DNA of 61,428 nt, taken from NCBI GenBank assembly GCA_043743715.1, contig JAYTWK010000039.1, positions 1 through 61,428 of the forward strand, read 5' to 3'. This document shows positions 29,256 through 38,682 of the stretch, in pieces. Under the pieces are notes generated by a model that saw nothing but the letters and a program-made list of their open reading frames with translations, was not told the DNA's origin and did no database searches. Both the position numbers and the translations under genes were made by a program. Numbering within the stretch: position 1 is the stretch's first letter; every line of letters starts with the position of its first letter. The DNA comes from a bacterium. Its GTDB lineage: Bacteria; Patescibacteriota; Minisyncoccia; Phycocordibacterales; UBA6899.

Positions 29256-30284
29256 ATGATAACAGAAAAAACATACACATTTCATGTGAGTGGCATGCAT
29301 TGCAATGCATGCATTCTCATGACAGAAAGCGAACTCTTGGATGTACCATATATCACCAAAGCGAAATCAAGCTTACGTCGTAATTCAGTCGAGGTCAGCG
29401 GAAACTTTGGCGATAAGAGTGAGGAAACAATAGTTCAGGAACTCACTGCTGTGCTTATAAAACATGGCTATGCGCTCTATACCGCAAAACAAGCTAAAGA
29501 AAAAAGCTGGGCGGACTTTAAAATCGCGGTACCTATTGCGCTGGCATTTGCGATACTATTCGTATTCTTACAAAAGATCGGTCTGGTGAACCTCGTGAAT
29601 GCCGGTAAGGTTACATATGGGACAGCATTTGTTGTCGGCATCGTCGCTTCGCTCTCAACCTGTATGGCGGTGGTAGGAGGACTACTACTCTCTCTGTCGG
29701 CAACATTTGCAAAAGAGGGTGACCGAGTGAAGCCACAGCTACTCTTCCACGTTGGTCGTCTTGTTTCCTTTTTCTTGCTTGGTGGCGTGATTGGAGCGCT
29801 CGGCTCAGTATTCCAGTTAAGTGCAAGTGCAACCTTTGTGCTGAGTGTGATCATCGGCATCGTTATGCTTGTTCTTGGTATCAACTTGCTTGATGTATTC
29901 CATACAACAAAAGCGTTTCAACTTGGAATGCCAACATTCATTTCGAAGCACGCACTTCGGGTAGCGAAGTTGAACCATAGCCTTACTCCGCTACTAGTCG
30001 GAATTGCGACGTTTTTCTTGCCGTGTGGATTCACGCAGTCGATGCAGATGTACACGCTCTCTACAGGAAACTTCCTCACCGGCGGGCTGACGATGTTTTT
30101 CTTTGCACTCGGGACACTTCCCGTACTTGCACTTATTAGTTTCAGTTCCTTTAGCGTCCAAAAAAGTACAACATCAGGAATCTTCTTCAAGACCGCAGGG
30201 CTGATTGTCATCATGTTTGCTCTGTTCAATCTCATTAATAGTTTCGCGGCAATAGGCTTGATTGCACCGATCTTTAGCTTCTGA
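29256..30284 (+). CDS. HMA metal-binding domain fused to a DsbD_2/TauE-like membrane domain
   Basis: GMHCNAC N-terminal domain followed by about six TM helices with a conserved FLPCGF motif. Confidence 0.7.
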   Translation: MITEKTYTFHVSGMHCNACILMTESELLDVPYITKAKSSLRRNSVEVSGNFGDKSEETIVQELTAVLIKHGYALYTAKQAKEKSWADFKIAVPIALAFAILFVFLQKIGLVNLVNAGKVTYGTAFVVGIVASLSTCMAVVGGLLLSLSATFAKEGDRVKPQLLFHVGRLVSFFLLGGVIGALGSVFQLSASATFVLSVIIGIVMLVLGINLLDVFHTTKAFQLGMPTFISKHALRVAKLNHSLTPLLVGIATFFLPCGFTQSMQMYTLSTGNFLTGGLTMFFFALGTLPVLALISFSSFSVQKSTTSGIFFKTAGLIVIMFALFNLINSFAAIGLIAPIFSF

Positions 30285-30289
30285 TCAAC

Positions 30290-30676
30290 ATGAAATCAAC
30301 AATCATATCAATCGTGCTCGTTGGAATACTTATCGGCAGCGCGATTATCCTCTCGCGTGGCGGTCGTGGGCAAGAAGTCGCGTCGGTAGACAATGTTTCA
30401 GTTGTAGACGGTAAGCAAATCGTTGAGATAGGGGCAAAGGCCGGCTATGCACCAAAACTGTCCGCCGCAAAAGCGGATATACCAACGGTACTGCGCATGA
30501 AAACGAACAGTACATTTGATTGTTCCTCTGGCGTAACTATCCCTAGTCTAGGGCTAAGACAGATACTTCCTTCCGATGGAATAACTGACATTGAGATACC
30601 CGCCCAGAAAACTGGTTCGACACTCAGAGGCATTTGCATGATGGGGATGTACAACTTTGAGGTGCAGTTCAACTAG
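30290..30676 (+). CDS. cupredoxin-like small secreted protein
   Basis: Signal anchor; C-terminal GICMMGMYNFEVQF, as in Cupredoxin_1/EfeO-type domains. Confidence 0.55.
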   Translation: MKSTIISIVLVGILIGSAIILSRGGRGQEVASVDNVSVVDGKQIVEIGAKAGYAPKLSAAKADIPTVLRMKTNSTFDCSSGVTIPSLGLRQILPSDGITDIEIPAQKTGSTLRGICMMGMYNFEVQFN

Positions 30677-30884
30677 TCATAGTCAAAACTAGGCGTTTTT
30701 GGGGTGTTATGTTGTGATGGATAATCCACTTGCCCGTCAAAAATAGCTTTGCTAGGCTAGTGACACTTGTCCCGTTAGAGACCGCGGTCAGTTTCGCAGA
30801 AGGGACAAGGTGCGATAACTTTTTACTGAAAGACTTTATAATACTAAACGTACAGATCGGGAGACCGCGTCTGTCTCTAATGGG

Positions 30885-31418
30885 ATGGCTAAACAAACAC
30901 AACAACTGGTGCTGATGCTGGTGATAGGAGTACTCATCGGAGTGACCGCAGTGATGGCATGGAAAGCCAAAACCGTTGGTGAGGGTGAAGAAGCAGTGAA
31001 CAGTACTGTAAGTGGTGCGACCACTTCGGCGGAAAGTATAATCAACAAAGAAAACGTAGGAGAAGCACCCGCATTGCCGGCTAGCGCAGAAATCCCAGCG
31101 AATAAGCGTATAGGGCTGTCGGTGGAAGATCAAGCTGCGGGTAACACAGTACTCGTGAGCGGATTTGATGTGGCGGAGAATCACTGGATCGCGGTCTACG
31201 ATGGAATGGACGGTACTCCCGGCTGGATACTCGGAGCATCACGCATTCATGCTGGCGATACGAGTATCAATATCGAATTACTTCGCGCTACAATCTCAGG
31301 CAGGAAATACTATGTCGCAATGCTTGGAGATGATGGCGCCGATAGCTTCAGTAAGAAGACAGACCTGCCGCCGCTTTCGCCTGACAAAGTGCTGATTGCA
31401 TCATTTATCGCAAAATGA
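30885..31418 (+). CDS. membrane-anchored hypothetical protein
   Basis: 177 aa with an N-terminal TM helix and a beta-rich C-terminal domain. Confidence 0.5.
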   Translation: MAKQTQQLVLMLVIGVLIGVTAVMAWKAKTVGEGEEAVNSTVSGATTSAESIINKENVGEAPALPASAEIPANKRIGLSVEDQAAGNTVLVSGFDVAENHWIAVYDGMDGTPGWILGASRIHAGDTSINIELLRATISGRKYYVAMLGDDGADSFSKKTDLPPLSPDKVLIASFIAK

Positions 31419-31472
31419 TTTTGCGTTTTATCTGACTTGCGTCCAAGTTGTGTAAACTTTCACTCTACGTTC

Positions 31473-31514
31473 GTCAAAAAGCCTACTTTTTTACAAAAAA
31501 GTAGGCTTTTTGAC
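31473..31514. terminator. bidirectional intrinsic terminator
   Basis: 20-bp perfect palindrome GTCAAAAAGCCTACTTTTTT-AC-AAAAAAGTAGGCTTTTTGAC. Confidence 0.75.
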
Positions 31515-31545
31515 TTTCCTCTATATACAGTTTAACCATATTCTA

Positions 31546-31554
31546 TGCTATAAT
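31546..31554 (+). promoter_or_regulatory. extended -10 promoter element TGcTATAAT for the glycogen operon
   Basis: Exact TGnTATAAT 61 nt upstream of ATG 31616, just after the terminator. Confidence 0.45.
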
Positions 31555-31615
31555 TTAACCCAAGGCAACGCAGAGCACCAGGGAAGAGTGCCCGCCTGTT
31601 CCTTTTACTTTACGC

Positions 31616-32839
31616 ATGAAAAATATTCGCGTGCTCATGTTTGGCTGGGAATTTCCACCGCATAACAGCGGGGGTCTAGGTATAGCATGCTACGGATTAA
31701 CGCGTGCACTCTCTCGCCGCGATCTCGATGTTACTTTTGTACTGCCGAAAAAATTGACCGGTCTCGAACATGATTTTCTGAAGATTGTATTCGCAAATGT
31801 TCGTAACATTAAAGTACGCACCGTACAAACGCTTCTGCATCCGTACATCAATACTGAACTCTACGACGAGTACTTACGCACTGCACCCGAAGACAAAATA
31901 TACGGACTCAATTTATTCGACGAAGTGAGACGCTATGGTTTGCAAGCGCGACTCATCGCACAAAGTGAACCACATGATGTCATTCATGCTCATGATTGGC
32001 TTTCATTCCGCGCAGGTATCGAAGCAAAGCGCATTTCAGGAAAGCCGCTTATTGTACACGTACATGCGACCGAATTCGACCGCACCGGAGGTCATCCGAA
32101 TCAGTACATCTATGAAGAAGAGCGCCGAGGTCTTCATGCCGCCGACTGCATCATTGCGGTCTCGCAGCTCACCAAGAATGTCATCGTTACGCACTACGGC
32201 ATCCCTGCGGATAAGGTCTGTGTCGTACACAACGGAATTGATACAAATGAGTGGCGCAAGTCCCTACCTCCTGCACTCGATCACGTGAAGGCCGAAGGTA
32301 AGAAAATTGTGCTGTTCGTCGGACGCATCACTATCCAGAAAGGACCTGACTATTTCATCAAGGTCGCAAAGCGTGTACTTGAGTACGACCAAAACGTACT
32401 CTTTATCATTTCAGGGGCAGGAGATATGGAACACCAGATCATCCGACTTGCGTCAGAAATGGGACTTGGCGAGAAGGTTGTATTCGCAGGTTTTGTGCGT
32501 GGCGATGATTTGGTTAAACTCTATCGCGCGGCAGACCTCTATGTGATGCCGTCAGTTTCTGAACCATTTGGCCTTACCGCACTTGAGGCGCTCGCGAACG
32601 GTACGCCGATACTCGTATCACGCCAGTCGGGAGTTTCCGAAGTATTGACTCATGCGCTCAAGTCAGATTTTTGGGATGTGGATGACATGGCGGACAAAAT
32701 CATTAATGTCGTCAAAAGTGCCGGTCTCAAGCAAACACTTGGCGAGCTCGGTTCTCTCGACGTTGAACATGTGACCTGGGAAAATGCCGCGCAGAAATGC
32801 TCGGTTATTTATAATGATATTATCCGTAACGCCACATGA
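31616..32839 (+). CDS. GT4-type glycosyltransferase, glycogen synthase-like
   Basis: FGWEFPPHNSGGLG N-terminus and the C-terminal EPFGLTALEA motif. Confidence 0.8.
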   Translation: MKNIRVLMFGWEFPPHNSGGLGIACYGLTRALSRRDLDVTFVLPKKLTGLEHDFLKIVFANVRNIKVRTVQTLLHPYINTELYDEYLRTAPEDKIYGLNLFDEVRRYGLQARLIAQSEPHDVIHAHDWLSFRAGIEAKRISGKPLIVHVHATEFDRTGGHPNQYIYEEERRGLHAADCIIAVSQLTKNVIVTHYGIPADKVCVVHNGIDTNEWRKSLPPALDHVKAEGKKIVLFVGRITIQKGPDYFIKVAKRVLEYDQNVLFIISGAGDMEHQIIRLASEMGLGEKVVFAGFVRGDDLVKLYRAADLYVMPSVSEPFGLTALEALANGTPILVSRQSGVSEVLTHALKSDFWDVDDMADKIINVVKSAGLKQTLGELGSLDVEHVTWENAAQKCSVIYNDIIRNAT

Positions 32840-32870
32840 TTATATATGCAGCTAACTTCCTTTAAGTAAT

Positions 32871-34226
32871 ATGCCGAGTGTATGTTTTTATTTTCAGGTT
32901 CACCAGCCGTACCGTACCAAGAAGTACCGCATCTTTGACGTCGGCAATGATCATGAATATTTCAACGACAAGAGTGACAGAGATATCAATAATGAAAAGA
33001 TTCTCCACAAGGTCGCAAACAAATGTTATCTGCCGATGAATGCACTCCTCCTCGAGCTGCTCCAGAAATATCCCGAATTCAAATGCTCGTTCTCATTTTC
33101 CGGAGTATATCTCGATCAATTACAGGAATTCTCGCCCAAGACACTCAAGTCATTTCAGAAACTGGTTGGTACTGGACGCGTCGAAGTGCTTGATGAAACC
33201 TATTACCACTCGCTCTCATTCCTGTATTCAAAAGACGAGTTCAAGCGCCAGGTCACGATGCATCGCGAGAAGGTGCAGAAGCTCTTTGGAGTGGTGCCGA
33301 CTGCATTTCGTAATACCGAACTTATCTACAACAACGAGCTTGCCAAGACTATTGAGGACATGGGCTACAAAGCAATACTCGCCGAGGGCGCTGATCATCT
33401 CTTAGGTTGGCGTAGTCCAAATTTCTTGTATCAGGCACCTGGAACAAGTAAGATAAAGACCCTCCTCAAGAATTACCGACTCTCGGATGACATTGCTTTT
33501 CGTTTCTCTTCACGCGATTGGCCGGAGTGGCCTCTGCGGGCGGAGAAGTTCGCGGAATGGGTAAGTGCAGTCAATGGTAACGGAAATGTGGTCAATCTGT
33601 TCATGGATTATGAGACGTTTGGTGAGCACCAGTGGGAGGATACCGGTATTTTTGAATTCATGCGTGCACTTCCGGGCGAGGTGCTCAAGAATCCCGACAA
33701 TGATTTCGTAACGGTCACCGAAGCTGCGAAGCGCTATCCCACCGTGGGCGAATTTGATGCACATAATTTTGTCTCATGGGCGGATGTCGAACGCGACCTC
33801 TCTGCATGGCTATCGAACAATATGCAGCACGAAGCGATAGACAATGTCTACGCGCTCGAGAAAGATGTGCTCGCGACCGGCGACAAGAAGCTCATCGAAG
33901 ACTGGCGCAAACTTCAAACTTCTGACCATTTCTACTACATGTGCACCAAGTGGTTCGCAGACGGTGACGTACACAAATATTTCAATCCCTACGAAACGCC
34001 ATATGAAGCATTCATTGCCTACAACAATGTACTGCACGACCTCGCACTGCGGACAAAAGAATATACGGGTAAGCCGGTCCTTCTCGCGAGTGAGGCTGGG
34101 GAGCTAACGCATATTGCGACAAACAACATCAAAAAGATAGCTCCGACGAAGAAGCCAGTCGCGAAGAAGAAAGCAATATCGGCACCGAAGAAAAAAACTC
34201 CTGTAGCAAAAAAGAAAAAAAACTAG
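32871..34226 (+). CDS. GH57 family alpha-amylase-like glycoside hydrolase with a Lys-rich tail
   Basis: FYFQVHQPYR N-terminus and the FMDYETFGEH motif; the last ~35 aa are KKxxAKKK repeats. Confidence 0.85.
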   Translation: MPSVCFYFQVHQPYRTKKYRIFDVGNDHEYFNDKSDRDINNEKILHKVANKCYLPMNALLLELLQKYPEFKCSFSFSGVYLDQLQEFSPKTLKSFQKLVGTGRVEVLDETYYHSLSFLYSKDEFKRQVTMHREKVQKLFGVVPTAFRNTELIYNNELAKTIEDMGYKAILAEGADHLLGWRSPNFLYQAPGTSKIKTLLKNYRLSDDIAFRFSSRDWPEWPLRAEKFAEWVSAVNGNGNVVNLFMDYETFGEHQWEDTGIFEFMRALPGEVLKNPDNDFVTVTEAAKRYPTVGEFDAHNFVSWADVERDLSAWLSNNMQHEAIDNVYALEKDVLATGDKKLIEDWRKLQTSDHFYYMCTKWFADGDVHKYFNPYETPYEAFIAYNNVLHDLALRTKEYTGKPVLLASEAGELTHIATNNIKKIAPTKKPVAKKKAISAPKKKTPVAKKKKN

Positions 34227-34283
34227 CCAAAAGCATCGCTTGCGATACACATACCATGTCCAACAAATATATGTACAATCTCT

Positions 34284-36245
34284 ATGGCTAGATCTCTTTC
34301 ATTTGGGAACGGATCAATGCTGGTGTGTATTGACCAGTTCGCGCAGGTACGCGACTTGTACTTTCCGTACGTCGGTCTTGAAAATCATATTGGCGGATCA
34401 TATGTGCATAAGATTGGAGTATGGGTCGACGGACAGTTCTCATGGGTCTCGGACGGCTCATGGATGATACGTATTGATTCTGATACCGCCTATACCGGCA
34501 TCTCGGTGTTGTACTCACCTCGGCTCGCAGTCGAGCTCAGCTTCACTGACGTGCTGTACAACGAAAAGAACGTGCTGATGCGCAAAGTAAAAGTGCAGAA
34601 CAAGTCAGACCGCGAGCGTGAAGTGAGAGTGTTCTTCAATCATCAGTTTGATATTTATCATTCAGAAAATCTCGATACCGGTTACTATGATCCCATTACC
34701 AATACGATTATTCATTATGAAGGCCGGCGTGTGTTCCTCATGAATGCACGGCAAGGAGATAGGGGTATCGATGATTACTCGGTCGGCATCTTTCAGATTG
34801 AAGGTAAAGAGGGAACATACCGTGATGCGGAAGACGGAGTACTTGCAAAGAATGCTATCGAGCATGGGAGTGTCGATTCGACCATCGGCATGAGACTTGC
34901 CATCGGTGCCGAAAGTGTAAAAGCATTTCACTACTGGCTTGCTGTCGGTGAGTCTATCGAGGAGGCAAAAGAGATAAATAGCTTTGTACTTGAGCGTTCG
35001 CCCGATGAGATTATTAAATCTTCTCGTGACTATTGGTATGCCTGGGTGATGAAGAATGAGTGGAATTTTTACGGTCTTGGTGATACGCTCATCGACTTGT
35101 TCAAAAAATCTCAATTCTTTCTGCGTTCGCACGTAGACAAGAATGGAGCGATTGTCGCTTCAGGTGACTCGGACATGCTTCGTGGTGGTCGTGATACCTA
35201 TGCATATATGTGGCCTCGCGACTCTGCGTATGTCGCCACAGCACTCGATTGGATAGGCGATAGACACAGCGCCAGGAAATTCTTCGAACTTTGTAATTCT
35301 CTCATCACCGAAGACGGCTATTTGATGCATAAATATCGCTCAGACGGTTCACTCGGATCCTCTTGGCACGGTTGGCTGGTCGATGGCAGGACCGAACTTC
35401 CCATTCAAGAAGATGAGACAGCTTTGATTCTCTGGGCGCTCTGGGAACACTGGTTGGTGACGAAAGATCTCGATTTCATTGAATCAATCTACAACTCATT
35501 CATTCGCAAAGCGGCAATGTTCTTATCTTCACACAGGGATACGTATTCGGGACTGCCGAAGCCCTCATATAATCTTTGGGAAGAGAAATTTGGCGTGCAT
35601 ACATATACTGCGGCGACGGTGTATGCCGGACTTACTGCCGCTGCCCGGTTCGCTGAAATACTCGGCAAGGAACGCAGTGAACATAATTTTGACCGCATTG
35701 CGGAGGAAATGCGTCTCGCTATCATCAAGCACCTCTATAACCCCGAGGATGGAAGTTTTTACCGCTCGCTCATCATCGACCCAAACGGGATGACTGTGTA
35801 CGATCGAACTATCGATGCGTCGAGTGCGTACGGACTTTTCTTGTTTGGTGTACTTCCGGCGGATGACCCGATGCTGATGCATGCCATGAAACTCACCAAA
35901 GAGAAACTGACGGTACGTACTCCGGTCGGCGGTATCGCGCGGTATCTCGGCGACCAGTATTACCGAGTCGGCGGAGACGTCCCGGGTAACCCTTGGTTCA
36001 TTACAACGCTCTGGTTCACACAATATTCTATTGCCCTCGCAAAGAGTGATCATGACCTCGACCAGGTGCGTCTCGACCTCAACTGGGTCGAGCGAAATGC
36101 GCTACGCTCGGGTATACTCTCTGAACAGCTCAATCCATATACCAAAGAACAGATTTCTGCCGCGCCTTTAACCTGGAGTCACGCAGAGTATCTCCGCACG
36201 ATTATTATGTACATGCGTAAGTTAACGGAGCTTAAAATAATTTAA
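34284..36245 (+). CDS. GH15 family glucoamylase/glucodextranase-like hydrolase
   Basis: YMWPRDSAYVATAL and the C-terminal LSEQL...PLTWSHAEY motif. Confidence 0.85.
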   Translation: MARSLSFGNGSMLVCIDQFAQVRDLYFPYVGLENHIGGSYVHKIGVWVDGQFSWVSDGSWMIRIDSDTAYTGISVLYSPRLAVELSFTDVLYNEKNVLMRKVKVQNKSDREREVRVFFNHQFDIYHSENLDTGYYDPITNTIIHYEGRRVFLMNARQGDRGIDDYSVGIFQIEGKEGTYRDAEDGVLAKNAIEHGSVDSTIGMRLAIGAESVKAFHYWLAVGESIEEAKEINSFVLERSPDEIIKSSRDYWYAWVMKNEWNFYGLGDTLIDLFKKSQFFLRSHVDKNGAIVASGDSDMLRGGRDTYAYMWPRDSAYVATALDWIGDRHSARKFFELCNSLITEDGYLMHKYRSDGSLGSSWHGWLVDGRTELPIQEDETALILWALWEHWLVTKDLDFIESIYNSFIRKAAMFLSSHRDTYSGLPKPSYNLWEEKFGVHTYTAATVYAGLTAAARFAEILGKERSEHNFDRIAEEMRLAIIKHLYNPEDGSFYRSLIIDPNGMTVYDRTIDASSAYGLFLFGVLPADDPMLMHAMKLTKEKLTVRTPVGGIARYLGDQYYRVGGDVPGNPWFITTLWFTQYSIALAKSDHDLDQVRLDLNWVERNALRSGILSEQLNPYTKEQISAAPLTWSHAEYLRTIIMYMRKLTELKII

Positions 36246-36254
36246 TACATATGA

Positions 36255-36379
36255 ATCCCGTTAGAAGTATTTCTTGCACAAAACAATATATAATGAACCA
36301 TATGAACAATATCCCACAAATGACATTTAGATTTAGTCATAATCAGAGGAAGTGCAGTACTTCCTACTTCTAACGGGAT
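36255..36379 (+). repeat. 15-bp perfect inverted repeat bracketing the GH15-pgi spacer
   Basis: ATCCCGTTAGAAGTA (36255-36269) pairs with TACTTCTAACGGGAT (36365-36379). The 3' arm includes the AT of the pgi ATG. Confidence 0.7.
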
Positions 36380-37685
36380 GAACAAACAAGGCTTTGAGCT
36401 TACATTCGAACATGTCCCTACAACACCGCTTATTCCGGAGCGCCTGAGTTCATATGCCGAGCTCGTCCGCGAGGTCATCTCTAAAAAAAGTGGCCCGTAC
36501 GAGATAGGAGAAGATGCGCTACGACTACCTCATGATCCGAGCGTGCTTGCTGATGTCACGCATATGGTACAACGCTACTGGAATACACAGCTGCGCTACA
36601 TCATTGTGGTAGGTGTCGGCGGATCGAATCTTGGTGCAAAAGCACTCTACGATGCATTACGTGGCACGCTCGACGGCTATCTCGATGGTTTTCCTAAACT
36701 CATCTTTCTTGATACGGTTTCTCCGAAACTACTCAGTGACCTCGAACGACTGCTTGAAGTCGATGTTTCGTACAAAGAAGAGATAGTAGTGAATCTTATC
36801 AGTAAGTCTGGCTCGACCACGGAAAGTGTGGCAAATTTTGAGATGCTGCATGCATATCTCTTAAAGCGTTTCCCCACCATCAACAATCGTATTGTTGTCA
36901 CTACCGAAAAAAATTCTCCGCTCTGGAATATTGCCGAAAAGCATAAGTTCGGCGTCCTGCTCCATCAGCATGTCGGTGGAAGATTTTCAGTTTTTTCAAG
37001 CGTCGGACTTCTTCCCCTCGGACTTGCGGGCATTGATATCAGCGGTTTTGTCGAAGGAGGGAAAGAGACCTTGCGACAATGTCTTATTGGAAACGATCAG
37101 GCGATGCTGTTCGCAACATCACTCTACCTAGCCACAAAGCATGAAGTAACGACCGTCAACTTTTTCTTTTTTAATCCCGAACTTGAATCGCTCGGTAAAT
37201 GGGCGAGACAACTCTACGGAGAAAGTCTCGGCAAAGAGCATAACAAGAGTGGGAAGCTCGTGCATGAAGGCATCACCCCTATCGTTTCAATCGGTTCGAC
37301 TGACCTGCACTCAATGGTACAGCTGTATCTTGGCGGGCCAAGGGATAAATTTACCCTACTTATGCATGTGAAAGAAGCGACTCACATGCATGTTCCTGAG
37401 ACTTTGATATTTAAAAATATCATTACGGGAATAAACGGTAAACAGCCGGCGGAATTGATGGATGCAATTTACCAGGGCGTGCGCTCGGCATACGGGAAGC
37501 ACAAACTTCCATTCGCAGAAGTCGGTTTTCATGCGATAAATCCCTATACGCTCGGCATGTTTCTCTCATGGCAAATGCTCTCCGTAGTGTATCTCGCAGA
37601 GTTACTTCACGTGAATGCATTCGATCAGCCGAATGTTGAAGATTATAAGCATGTCACCAAAGACATACTCAATTCAAGCAGGTAG
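36378..37685 (+). CDS. pgi: glucose-6-phosphate isomerase
   Basis: VVGVGGSNLGAKAL, SKSGSTTE and GGRFSVFS motifs. Confidence 0.85.
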   Translation: MNKQGFELTFEHVPTTPLIPERLSSYAELVREVISKKSGPYEIGEDALRLPHDPSVLADVTHMVQRYWNTQLRYIIVVGVGGSNLGAKALYDALRGTLDGYLDGFPKLIFLDTVSPKLLSDLERLLEVDVSYKEEIVVNLISKSGSTTESVANFEMLHAYLLKRFPTINNRIVVTTEKNSPLWNIAEKHKFGVLLHQHVGGRFSVFSSVGLLPLGLAGIDISGFVEGGKETLRQCLIGNDQAMLFATSLYLATKHEVTTVNFFFFNPELESLGKWARQLYGESLGKEHNKSGKLVHEGITPIVSIGSTDLHSMVQLYLGGPRDKFTLLMHVKEATHMHVPETLIFKNIITGINGKQPAELMDAIYQGVRSAYGKHKLPFAEVGFHAINPYTLGMFLSWQMLSVVYLAELLHVNAFDQPNVEDYKHVTKDILNSSR

Positions 37686-37826
37686 TTAGTGGGAAGTAGT
37701 AAGTAGAAACTGCTGTTGAATATACTAAAATACTAAACAACATGAGTAACACAACACCAAACGCACCAATGACTCGAGTAATCACTGGCAATAGAATTTC
37801 TGTGTCTTCTATTTACTACTCACTAA
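37686..37826 (+). repeat. ~20-bp imperfect inverted repeat bracketing the pgi-glucokinase spacer
   Basis: 37686-37708 pairs with 37807-37826 as 6 bp, a 3-nt bulge, then 14 bp including one G-T that is a G-U wobble only on the plus-strand RNA. Confidence 0.65.
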
Positions 37827-37830
37827 TCTC

Positions 37831-38682
37831 ATGAACTACATTCTGTTTGATATCGGCGGCAGTAAGACGCGCATTGCACTTTCCCATGACGCAAAAGCGT
37901 TCGAGGAGCCAGTCATTGTCGATACGCCGAAAGATTTTGATACTGCAATGATGCTTATGAAAACAACGGCTTTCAAGCTCACCGGAGGTGAAGCGATAGA
38001 TTTAGCCGTAGGTGATGTCGCCGGCGTGTTGTCTCAAGACAAAAAAATTCTTGTAAACGCTGCACATCTCGCAGGATGGAACGGAAAGCCGATTGCCGAA
38101 GTCTTGAGTCTTGCGCTAGGGGCACCAATTCAGATTGAAAATGATGCTGCACTTGTAGGACTTGGCGAGGCGGTATTTGGAGCGGGGAAAGGGCATGAGA
38201 TTGTTGCGTATATTACCGTCTCAACCGGGGTGGGAGGAGCGAGAATTGTAAATCAAGCCATCGACGCGTCCGCAATGGGATTTGAACCCGGACACCAGAT
38301 TATTGATGCGGACGGAACACTCTGGCAGCACGCAGTGTGCGGTAAGGGCGAGGATTTCGAAGGAGAAGTTTCCGGGACAGCGATTAGAGAGCGCTATGGT
38401 AAAAAGCCTTACGAAATCACTGATGAGAAATTTTGGGAAGATATGGCACGAGTGCTTGCATACGGACTCAATAATACTATTGTCCACTGGTCGCCACATA
38501 TTGTCGTCGTCGGCGGATCAATGATGAAGGAGGTCGGAATCCCGATTGAACGCGTACGCGCACATCTGCGGGGCATCTTGCATATCTTTGCGAAGTTACC
38601 ACTTATTGAACACTCGACGCTTGGTGACATCGGCGGACTCTATGGAGCACTCGCGCTGATCAAGAAATCTCATCCAAACTAG
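37831..38682 (+). CDS. ROK-family sugar kinase (glucokinase-like)
   Basis: FDIGGSKTRIAL N-terminus and ENDAALVGLGE motif. Confidence 0.75.
   Translation: MNYILFDIGGSKTRIALSHDAKAFEEPVIVDTPKDFDTAMMLMKTTAFKLTGGEAIDLAVGDVAGVLSQDKKILVNAAHLAGWNGKPIAEVLSLALGAPIQIENDAALVGLGEAVFGAGKGHEIVAYITVSTGVGGARIVNQAIDASAMGFEPGHQIIDADGTLWQHAVCGKGEDFEGEVSGTAIRERYGKKPYEITDEKFWEDMARVLAYGLNNTIVHWSPHIVVVGGSMMKEVGIPIERVRAHLRGILHIFAKLPLIEHSTLGDIGGLYGALALIKKSHPN

Noticed and set aside
30669-31184. 171-aa minus-strand ORF
   Set aside because: It is antisense to the co-directional 30885..31418 gene at the end of the copper cluster, and its Cys/His/Arg-rich composition is typical of antisense frames.
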